A stretch of DNA of 62,047 bases, counting the filler. It is 3 parts of 3 records of this genome, joined end to end, with 100 filler letters (N's around TTAATTAATTAA, not from the genome) between each part and the next. Parts side by side here need not be neighbours in the genome. Positions count along the whole stretch, not along the records: positions 49,544 to 62,047 come from SRR20825006_2270; 2 more parts are not named here. One strand, written 5' to 3'. The notes under the pieces are model-generated. The model ran no database searches, was not told the origin of the DNA, and saw nothing but the letters and a program-made list of their open reading frames with translations. Positions 54,685 to 62,047 of this stretch are shown here, in pieces. Numbering within the stretch: position 1 is the stretch's first letter; the number at the start of each line of letters is the position of its first letter. The position numbers and the translations under genes were made by a program.

Positions 54685-56052
54685 ATGACCGAAACAAACC
54701 GCATAGAATACAAACGAGAACTGTCCGATGGACTTGAAAAAGAGGTCATTGCTTTTTTGAACTATCGTGAAGGCGGCATTATTTATATTGGTATTGATAA
54801 GGAAGGGAACACTTACGGTCTGGCTGATGCGGATGGCGACCAATTAAAAATTAAAGACAGGTTAAAGAACAATATTCGCCCTTCAGCTTTGGGTCTTTTT
54901 GATATTGTAAGCGAAGAACGAGATGGAAAGAATATCCTGAAAATCATTGTGGCGAGTGGTCCCGAAAAACCCTATCATCTCAAAAAATACGGGATGAGCG
55001 AAAAGGGTTGTTTTATCCGCTTAGGTTCAGCAGCTGAGCCAATGCCCCAAAAAATGATTGACGAGCTCTTTGCCAAGCGCACCCGAAATTCCATCAGCAA
55101 AATTAAAGCGGGTCGTCAAGATTTAAGCTTTAGCCAGTTGAAAATCTACTACGAGGAATCGGGTCATACCCTTGGTAAAGCCTTTGCAAAGAACTTGGAA
55201 CTACTTGCTGAAGATGGCGCATTCAATTATGCCGGCTATCTTTTGGCAGACAAAAACAATACTTCTATTAAAGTAGCCAAGTATTCGGGCAAAACCCGAA
55301 TAGACTTGATAGAAAGCAACGAATACGGTCACGAATGCCTGGTCAAAGCCACCAAGCAAGTAATTGATAAAATTGCGGTTGAAAACAGAACCAACACAAA
55401 AATAACGGCCAAAGAAAGACAGCAAGCCAACCTTTGGAATCCCATCGCATTACGCGAGGCCATCATCAATGCCTTTGTGCATAACGATTATACCAATGAG
55501 ATTACCCCAAAGTTTGAAATCTTTGCGGATAGAATTGAAATCACATCTGCAGGCGGTCTTCCGGAAGGATTGAGCAAACAGGAATTTTTCGAGGGCTTTT
55601 CAGTTCCACGGAATAAAGAACTGATGCGGATTTTTAAGGATTTGGAACTTGTGGAACAGTTGGGTTCTGGCATCCCTCGTATTTTGGAACACTATGGAAA
55701 AGAGAGTTTTGGCTTTTCAGATAACTTCCTTAGAATGACTTTTGCTGCTAAAGAAACTACTGTTGAAGAAGGTGGTCAAATAGGTGGTGTAATGGGTGGT
55801 CAAAAAGGTGGTGCAATAGGTGGTGTAATAGGTGGTGTAATTGATACGACAGAAGCTCTAACTAAAAGACAAAAAGAAGTTCTTAAACTTATTGCTACAA
55901 ATCCTTCCATAACTTATAACGAAATAGCTGAAGCTTTGGGTATTAATGAATCTGCTGTTGGTAAGCATATTACGGCTATCAAAAATAAAGGCTTTTTAAC
56001 GCGTCAAGGCGATACAAGAGGTTATTGGCAAATCAATCTTGATAAAAATTAA
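54685..56052 (+). CDS. AlbA_2/Schlafen domain + HATPase_c_4 + C-terminal HTH protein
   Basis: ETNRIEYK...AFLN..GG.IYIGID; ALREAIINAFVHNDY, S.GGL, PRN..L...F, EQLGSGI; HTH ITYNEIAEALGI...G.W. Confidence 0.85.
   Translation: MTETNRIEYKRELSDGLEKEVIAFLNYREGGIIYIGIDKEGNTYGLADADGDQLKIKDRLKNNIRPSALGLFDIVSEERDGKNILKIIVASGPEKPYHLKKYGMSEKGCFIRLGSAAEPMPQKMIDELFAKRTRNSISKIKAGRQDLSFSQLKIYYEESGHTLGKAFAKNLELLAEDGAFNYAGYLLADKNNTSIKVAKYSGKTRIDLIESNEYGHECLVKATKQVIDKIAVENRTNTKITAKERQQANLWNPIALREAIINAFVHNDYTNEITPKFEIFADRIEITSAGGLPEGLSKQEFFEGFSVPRNKELMRIFKDLELVEQLGSGIPRILEHYGKESFGFSDNFLRMTFAAKETTVEEGGQIGGVMGGQKGGAIGGVIGGVIDTTEALTKRQKEVLKLIATNPSITYNEIAEALGINESAVGKHITAIKNKGFLTRQGDTRGYWQINLDKN
55771..55842 (+). repeat. 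In-frame 12-bp tandem repeat, six copies (GGTGGTnnAAnn; GGxx peptide)
   Basis: ggtggtcaaata ggtggtgtaatg ggtggtcaaaaa ggtggtgcaata ggtggtgtaata ggtggtgtaatt. Confidence 0.9.
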
Positions 56053-56062
56053 AAAAAGTCTT

Positions 56063-56425
56063 TTAAAACGGCCCTTTTTCCCTCGGGCCTTTACTGGTCA
56101 CTTTCCATTGACCATTTTCCTTAGTCAGTTTAAAAATGCCAGTTTTCCCATCGAAAGTTGTGCTGTATTTTACCCAGGCAATTTCGCCATCTATAGATTC
56201 ATCTAAAATTTCTACCTCGATGTCTTGGTCGGAATCTGGCATCATATTCTGTACAGTAATCAAACTGGCATAGCCCTCAGAAGTGGTATGCTTTTTTAAG
56301 GCTGATTCATCTTTTGAGAAAAAGCTTGACGCAACAACTTTGGCAATTTCAGAAGGGGATTTTGTTGTGCTTTCTGAACAAGAAAGGAACAAAAGTATGA
56401 GCGAGCAAATGACTAATCTTTTCAT
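56063..56425 (-). CDS. Small lipoprotein (DUF4878/NTF2-like) at the end of the tra operon
   Basis: Lipobox FLSC; SPSEIA...LTKENGQWKV. Confidence 0.75.
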   Translation of the reverse strand: MKRLVICSLILLFLSCSESTTKSPSEIAKVVASSFFSKDESALKKHTTSEGYASLITVQNMMPDSDQDIEVEILDESIDGEIAWVKYSTTFDGKTGIFKLTKENGQWKVTSKGPREKGPF

Positions 56426-56432
56426 AATAGTA

Positions 56433-57272
56433 TTAATTTGGGTTATTGATATATCTATGCGATAATTTCAGTTCTATATTACGTTCGCCATCCTTTTCAT
56501 TCAATTCCAAAATTGCCCTGCGGTCATCGGATAATGAAAATTTGGGCAACACATAAACAAATCGAGCCATTTCATTTTCCTTAATCTTGGACGGCAGATT
56601 ATGTTTATATATCGGTTCTTTATATAGTCGTTGCAACGATTTCCTTTTCCCTTTTTGCCGAGTTTCAATCGAAAGGTTCAAGAAATTCAAATCGTAATCC
56701 AACGTAGAATTATTTTCAATCTCGATAACGAAATAGAGCTCATCTTTATCAAAAACAATATTCTCTACGGTCAAGATAATACCTTCGTTTCGTTTCTTGA
56801 TTCGCCCTATGCGCTGTTTTCTATTGAGAAGATATGAGCAGAATTTTTGGTAATAATAGGTGCTGTTATCTACACGTTCTTCAGAAGATTCAACAAGAAC
56901 CGAATCATTTACAATCGGTTTTTCATTACCGATACTATTTGATAGCGGAATGAAATAATTGAGCTTAGAAAGCTGTTTTTTGTACCTTACAATATACGAA
57001 AAAATCGAACCATTTCTGTTGATTACCAACAAATTACTTTCCTTCCCAGGGGTTGCCTGAAGTAGCCCAAAATATTGTTCATTTTCACGGTTGTATGTAA
57101 AAACAAAATTGTCTGAACCAGTTATGCCTTGACGGATTGGCTCAGGAAAAAATAACGCAACGTTCTTGGTGTCGTTTGCATAAATGGTGTCGAGTAAATG
57201 AGTGGTTTGTGCTTTTACTTTTGCGAAAGTCGAACAAATAATAAGAGCGGAAATAATGATATAATTTTTCAT
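56433..57272 (-). CDS. traN: Conjugative transposon protein TraN (DUF4138)
   Basis: Signal peptide, LFFPEPI, IENNSTLDYDL, RFVYVLPKF, ELNEKDGER; position after traM. Confidence 0.85.
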   Translation of the reverse strand: MKNYIIISALIICSTFAKVKAQTTHLLDTIYANDTKNVALFFPEPIRQGITGSDNFVFTYNRENEQYFGLLQATPGKESNLLVINRNGSIFSYIVRYKKQLSKLNYFIPLSNSIGNEKPIVNDSVLVESSEERVDNSTYYYQKFCSYLLNRKQRIGRIKKRNEGIILTVENIVFDKDELYFVIEIENNSTLDYDLNFLNLSIETRQKGKRKSLQRLYKEPIYKHNLPSKIKENEMARFVYVLPKFSLSDDRRAILELNEKDGERNIELKLSHRYINNPN

Positions 57273-57302
57273 AAGAGTGCGTTTTAAATGCCCATTATGG
57301 GC

Positions 57303-58232
57303 TCATAATTTCGGTTTTAAGATTAATCTGTAATTGTTCAAAACCGTAACTTTTACATTGCGGTTGCTACGTCTGAGCACCTTTGTTACGCCACCTACTT
57401 GCGGAACGGTAGGTATGTTGATGTCGCCAATAATATCGTCCAACACTTCAGTAGTGGCCTCTGCCCTAAAATTGTTTTGTACGTAGATACCTTCGCTTCC
57501 ATCAGATAAATCAAAAGCTTTAAGTTTTGTGGGATGGTGCTTTATGTTTTCAATTTCAATAAGCGCCCGATTAGGCTGAAAACTTATAAAACCGAAAATG
57601 GGTGTATTCTTGAGCATTTCTTTACCATTAATGGTAGCAGTTTTGGTCAGGCGCATTCGTAATCTGGTATTCGCTTTTACAACTTGGTCGCCATCCACAA
57701 CTACGTAAATAGTTTCATCTGTATTTCCGATTATTGAAATTTCATTGGGTTTAGGTGCAGCAGCGAAGAACAATTGATGTTCCAAGCCCAATTCTTTCGC
57801 TTGGATTATTTGTTCCCGCTTTACTTCAGCAGAATCGATTGTTGATACCACTTTGCGAGCAGTTCTTTTCTGTCCCAAATTTTGGTGTCGCTTTTCTGAA
57901 TACTGAATCTTACCCGTTTCATAGATACTATCTACGATACGTTCTTTTTCGCGTTCTGGTAAATCTGGGTCGTAAAATCCCAAGGAATCAATCAACTTTT
58001 CATCGTAGATGCTTGGTGCATTGTTTTCCCGAACTTTCTTTAAGTCGTTAATTGCATCCAGTTTGGAATCATACTCTTTTTGGTCCTCTTCCAAATCTGG
58101 TACTAAGGTCTGTTTAAGATTTTCTGTTTCACTTTCATCATCGCCAATTACCATTACCGAATAGGAAATAAGGAATATGAAAATCACGGCCAATACCGCT
58201 GCAAATACTATCTTGTTTTTTTCTACTTTCAT
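57303..58232 (-). CDS. traM: Conjugative transposon protein TraM
   Basis: N-terminal TM helix, DQVV...RLRMRL, AFDLSDGSEGIYV, KVTVLNNYRLIL. Confidence 0.85.
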   Translation of the reverse strand: MKVEKNKIVFAAVLAVIFIFLISYSVMVIGDDESETENLKQTLVPDLEEDQKEYDSKLDAINDLKKVRENNAPSIYDEKLIDSLGFYDPDLPEREKERIVDSIYETGKIQYSEKRHQNLGQKRTARKVVSTIDSAEVKREQIIQAKELGLEHQLFFAAAPKPNEISIIGNTDETIYVVVDGDQVVKANTRLRMRLTKTATINGKEMLKNTPIFGFISFQPNRALIEIENIKHHPTKLKAFDLSDGSEGIYVQNNFRAEATTEVLDDIIGDINIPTVPQVGGVTKVLRRSNRNVKVTVLNNYRLILKPKL

Positions 58233-58285
58233 AAGAGTGAGTTTTTAAGTGCCGATTACCTGCCCGAAGTCAGGCGGGTCGGCTT

Positions 58286-58900
58286 TCAACTTTCATCGTT
58301 TAGTTTTTTTAAAGTGTTTTCGAAATAGTTGGTAATCAATAATCCGTGTGGATTGTTGGGAAAGTTTCGATCAACCATAATCAGGTTTCCGGTGGAAACC
58401 AATTCGTAGGTGTCGATGATTGTACCTCTATTGATTTCAAAAATGGTAGTCGTTGTAAAACCATACGAGCCATTATTTTCAGATATCCGTGACTCGATAC
58501 TCAGAACTTTTTGAACTAAGGAATACTGAAGCAATCTGTTGTAAACACCATCGGCTTTTTTCTGGCGGTAGAGATTGTCCACGGAACTATTGCCTAACCA
58601 CAAAGCCTTTTCCAGGTTGCGTTCGTAATTACTCGCATCGATGTTATAGAAGTAGTTGTGGAACAGATCCAAATGTGCCAAAGCTTCAACCCGAAAATTT
58701 TCCTTTTGGGTCACGAGCTTCAGGGGAATGATACTGCCATCGGTATTGATGGCAAACGCACTATTAAGTGCTTTTTGATTGGTATTGAATACCATCCAAA
58801 CCGAAAATGTGCTGGATAGTAAGGCACAGGCAACAACCGCCAAAACGATAAACCGATTCAGCTTTAGGACGTTGTAAATATTCTTGTATGGTGTTTTCAT
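58286..58900 (-). CDS. traK: Conjugative transposon protein TraK (VirB8-like)
   Basis: Single TM helix, EALAHLDLFH..F, KALWL, R..NNPHGLLI. Confidence 0.88.
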   Translation of the reverse strand: MKTPYKNIYNVLKLNRFIVLAVVACALLSSTFSVWMVFNTNQKALNSAFAINTDGSIIPLKLVTQKENFRVEALAHLDLFHNYFYNIDASNYERNLEKALWLGNSSVDNLYRQKKADGVYNRLLQYSLVQKVLSIESRISENNGSYGFTTTTIFEINRGTIIDTYELVSTGNLIMVDRNFPNNPHGLLITNYFENTLKKLNDES

Positions 58901-58911
58901 TCTGAATGGGT

Positions 58912-59754
58912 TTAATTGGTAAATAGTCTGAGAGTAAAAGACGTGGCACGTTTATACAATTTGAATTTTAGGAAAACAATAAAACCAACCGACCCAAGCT
59001 GAACCACAGGTGCAAAAAATCCTTGACCTGTATCGGTTCCAAAAAGGTTGACCCAGAAATTAGTATTGATTTCCGTATAGAGTGCATTCACAAAGACGTT
59101 TACTAAAAAGAAAGCAGGTACTAACATATAGACCGCAGCATAAAGCTTGAAGAATGTATAAGCTAACGAACGGAACTTTTCAAAGACTGCAAGGCTAATG
59201 ACCAAGGGAAAAAAAGTTTGCATTATTCCGAGTAGAAAAAAGCGTTCTGCCAAAAACAATGGATAAATGAACAAATCTAATATCCAGAGGAACAAGCTAA
59301 TGATGAATGCAAATATTTTGAATCCGTAAAGCGGTGTGACCAAGGCTTCATATAATAATGTCATAGCAGCTTGTGCAACCTCGATGATACTTACATCTTC
59401 TTCTATGGGAATATCCTGCATTTGTAATGGCAATAAGGCTGGTGCAGTTCCTCGATATTGTCCTTCAATGGCAACTAATATACCATCGAAAAATCCTAAT
59501 ACTTGTGTTGAGAAAATGACCAAAATGACAATGGCAAAATTCTTTGCCAGTTCGCCTGGACTCAATCCCCAAGTGTAGCCATCCTTATCTGCAATGCCTT
59601 CATTGTATTTTTTGAGGATGTTGACCAGAAAGAACAGGACAGCGAGCGTTTTCATTCCTGCAATCGTGTATTGCGAAAAGTCGCTGGCCTGTATGGTCTG
59701 GAAGACGGTATCGATGTATTCCAGTCCAATTCCTAAGAGAATGGTCGCAGTCAT
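58912..59754 (-). CDS. Polytopic membrane protein, TraJ/VirB6-like
   Basis: Several TM helices; occupies the traJ position between the TraI-like gene and traK. Confidence 0.65.
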   Translation of the reverse strand: MTATILLGIGLEYIDTVFQTIQASDFSQYTIAGMKTLAVLFFLVNILKKYNEGIADKDGYTWGLSPGELAKNFAIVILVIFSTQVLGFFDGILVAIEGQYRGTAPALLPLQMQDIPIEEDVSIIEVAQAAMTLLYEALVTPLYGFKIFAFIISLFLWILDLFIYPLFLAERFFLLGIMQTFFPLVISLAVFEKFRSLAYTFFKLYAAVYMLVPAFFLVNVFVNALYTEINTNFWVNLFGTDTGQGFFAPVVQLGSVGFIVFLKFKLYKRATSFTLRLFTN

Positions 59755-59756
59755 TT

Positions 59757-60338
59757 TTAGTATTCGGTTTCTCGATTATTGACTTTATCCTGCATTTTCC
59801 TGAAGGAAATGATGTCACGATAGCGTTTGGTTTTGGTTGTAATATTGGAAACCATTTGCTTGGATTCCTGCTCTTTTGCTTTAAGGATTTCAGCACGTTC
59901 GGCATCGCTCATTTTTAGGTAATCGCTGGATAGTACTTCATCAATAAAATCTACTGTGTCTAACGAGTTTTGTACTATGGCATCGAACGATTCCACAACC
60001 CTTGAAACTTCATCGGGTTTGATGTAGGGCGAATTCAAAATATCCTGTAAATCATTTTGCATTACGTTGATAAGGCGCTGATTATTCTGGCCAATTTCCT
60101 CAACTGCTCTGAGTTGTTCGACAACGCTTGATACCTTTTCTATAGCCTCTTTTGCATCTTTCAAGAATTTTACAGACTTAATCATTTGAGCAGTCTGTTT
60201 ACCCGATTCTATCAGTTGCTTAACCAAGCTGATAAAATTTGTATTATCGTAAGTAGGCATTCCTTGGGCGGTTGCTTTGCCTGACATAAATAAGGTCAAT
60301 ACTACCGTTGTTACTAAAATTTTGATTTTTGTCTTCAT
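59757..60338 (-). CDS. TraI-like (DUF4141-like) secreted conjugation protein
   Basis: Signal peptide, PTYDNTN, helical body, LKMSDAER; position after traG. Confidence 0.7.
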   Translation of the reverse strand: MKTKIKILVTTVVLTLFMSGKATAQGMPTYDNTNFISLVKQLIESGKQTAQMIKSVKFLKDAKEAIEKVSSVVEQLRAVEEIGQNNQRLINVMQNDLQDILNSPYIKPDEVSRVVESFDAIVQNSLDTVDFIDEVLSSDYLKMSDAERAEILKAKEQESKQMVSNITTKTKRYRDIISFRKMQDKVNNRETEY

Positions 60339-60342
60339 AATA

Positions 60343-62047
60343 TTATGTTTTAGATGTGAATTGAATTATTGCTTTTTGCATATCGTGATGCTCATTGTAG
60401 AGCTTCATTATTTCCTCGTTTTCCTGTCCATCGGTCAAATAAGCTGCATAAACTTCCTTCGGAACTTCGAGCCGAAAAATATTACTTTCCCTACCAATCT
60501 TGATAAACATTTCGGTGTACTTGCGTGGACCGGAAAGATTGTTCTTGATGGACTTTAATTGGTTTAAATCGTGGCTGGAAAGGTTGAGACGTTTGACCAA
60601 TTCGTCATAGCCTTTTTCGTTATTGAGGCTATAAATAACCTGTGTATTTTCAAGAATACTTGCTGAAGTTGAATTATTTGGTAGCTGATTGATGGACTGA
60701 AGAATAATCCCAATCGCACCATTTTGTTTTCGGATGGCTTGATAGTAAAATTCCACACTTTCCAACACGTTGTCAAACTTCAATTGCTTGGCAAACTCAT
60801 CAAAAAGGATGATGCCTTTTTCTGCCCTGTTTTTCCAAATGGTTCTTTGAATGGCGGATTTAATTAGCTTGAGCATCACAGACAGGATTTCCTTATTGTC
60901 CTTGACTTCATCCAGTTCAAAAACAATCAAGCGTTTGTCTTCAATCTTATAGGTTTGGTCTTCACTTACTTCAAACAGGAAGCTATATAGACCATCGCCG
61001 ACATATTCGGACATTACGTGCAAGAAGCTCGTCACATTGAAATAGTCGGGATGGATTTTTAAGGTGTCCAGAAGGTCTTTCTGGTTCCTTTCTATAAAGC
61101 TGTAAAAACCATCCAACGAATGATTTTCTGAAGTACTATCGTAATAATGGCGTAATATCTTTTTAACCGATACTGATTGTGCTTTGGTCACTTTTAAATC
61201 TGAAGCAAATAATTCAAACAGGAAAACAGACAAGTCTTCCAATCGCTCGGGTGTGAGGTCATTTGTGTCGCTAATGTAAAATGGGTTGATACCTAAGTTC
61301 TTCCCACTTTCATAACGAAGCACCGTATACTTTTCAGGATAGAGTTTAGCGAATTTGGTATAAGAACCACCCAAGTCTATGATAACCAAGCGAACGCCAC
61401 TTTCAAAATACTGGCGCAGAATGTTATTGGCCAAAAAGGATTTTCCTTCGCCAGTTGGCGCGAAAATGGCAAAGTTTCGTGCCTTGATGCGTTTCTTCTT
61501 TTCATCCCAAACATCTTTCAGAACAGGAATGTTGTGCTCGCGGTCATTAAAGATAATTCCGGTGTTATCGCTTTTGTAATTGGTGTTATTGATGAACAGG
61601 CAAAGCGCGTGTTTTAAATCGGTTACGTACAAATCATTATTTGAGAAGTTAGAAGAGAAACAGCAGTAGCTATTTAGGATGTAATTCTTACGTTCTTCGC
61701 CTCTTGGATAGTATGGTATGATATCCAATTCCTTAAATTCAGTCTTTATTTTTGAAGTTATTTTGTCGAGCTCTTTGGCTTCCTTTGCCCAATACACGAT
61801 ATTGAGATGACCACGGATGATTCGTGCATTATCATCGGCATTGATTTGGTCAAGAATGTGCTGGATTTTACCAAGTACCACTTTATTCTGTGAACCGAAA
61901 TTTGAACTTTTATTGAGTTCTTCAATCTTTTTATCCAGTAGCTTGCGCCACTTCTGTTTGTCATCGAGATATAGGATTTGGTTGACGATATGGTTCTCAT
62001 TAAGCGTAAGCCCTAAGCCATCAATAAACCCTTGATGAAATACAAAA
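60343..62047 (-). CDS. traG: TraG/VirB4 conjugation ATPase (5' truncated by window edge)
   Basis: Frame stays open to the window end. APTGEGKSF Walker A, IDLGGSY, FDEFAK, IRKQNGA...Q, RLEVP...AYLTD. Confidence 0.92.
   Translation of the reverse strand, partial: FVFHQGFIDGLGLTLNENHIVNQILYLDDKQKWRKLLDKKIEELNKSSNFGSQNKVVLGKIQHILDQINADDNARIIRGHLNIVYWAKEAKELDKITSKIKTEFKELDIIPYYPRGEERKNYILNSYCCFSSNFSNNDLYVTDLKHALCLFINNTNYKSDNTGIIFNDREHNIPVLKDVWDEKKKRIKARNFAIFAPTGEGKSFLANNILRQYFESGVRLVIIDLGGSYTKFAKLYPEKYTVLRYESGKNLGINPFYISDTNDLTPERLEDLSVFLFELFASDLKVTKAQSVSVKKILRHYYDSTSENHSLDGFYSFIERNQKDLLDTLKIHPDYFNVTSFLHVMSEYVGDGLYSFLFEVSEDQTYKIEDKRLIVFELDEVKDNKEILSVMLKLIKSAIQRTIWKNRAEKGIILFDEFAKQLKFDNVLESVEFYYQAIRKQNGAIGIILQSINQLPNNSTSASILENTQVIYSLNNEKGYDELVKRLNLSSHDLNQLKSIKNNLSGPRKYTEMFIKIGRESNIFRLEVPKEVYAAYLTDGQENEEIMKLYNEHHDMQKAIIQFTSKT

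Larger units (their letters stand above)
49544..62047. mobile_element. Internal part of a Bacteroidota integrative conjugative element or conjugative plasmid
   Basis: Coupling protein plus traG-I-J-K-M-N with defence-type cargo. No integrase or att site is inside the window, so the boundaries are unknown. Confidence 0.85.

Noticed and set aside
1-62047. tRNA, rRNA, known riboswitches, integrase or IS transposase
   Set aside because: None recognised by eye; an Rfam/tRNAscan search would be needed to exclude divergent RNAs.

Overview
The window is not one locus. It is three sequence blocks joined by two artificial 100-nt linkers (44 N + TTAATTAATTAA + 44 N) at 26556-26655 and 49444-49543. All three blocks look like marine Flavobacteriaceae (Bacteroidota), but block 2 is visibly more AT-rich than block 1, so they may come from different organisms. 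Block 1 (1-26555) contains: a partial TonB-dependent receptor; an acidic Ca-binding repeat surface protein; a class Id-type ribonucleotide reductase with an ATP-cone on NrdB; a metal-uptake operon (CxxC/RPPP leader ORF, TonB receptor, two His-rich DUF4625-type lipoproteins); a 9-repeat DUF11 T9SS type-B substrate with its PorP/SprF partner; and a stress region. The stress region includes an apparent operon of a 33-aa leader ORF, a degenerate GNAT, a bS21 paralogue, a basic CxxC mini-protein and proC-proB-proA, plus AraC, MgtC, PfpI and a partial tkt. Block 2 (26656-49443) is mostly housekeeping genes (murB, lipA, gap, lpxK, msrA, an ECF sigma, a hybrid kinase) and ends in a kynurenine-pathway operon (kynU, kmo, RidA, aldehyde dehydrogenase, an atypical SDR, ACMSD). 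Block 3 (49544-62047) is part of a Bacteroidota conjugative element (coupling protein, traG/I/J/K/M/N) carrying a Gabija-like OLD nuclease/UvrD pair and a divergent Schlafen/AlbA_2 protein. The best candidates for undescribed biology are the leader-peptide/bS21/proline operon, the metal-sensing arrest-peptide operon, and the atypical SDR as a possible missing reductase of tryptophan catabolism. No rRNA, tRNA or CRISPR array was seen. All family calls come from motif recognition by eye, not database searches.
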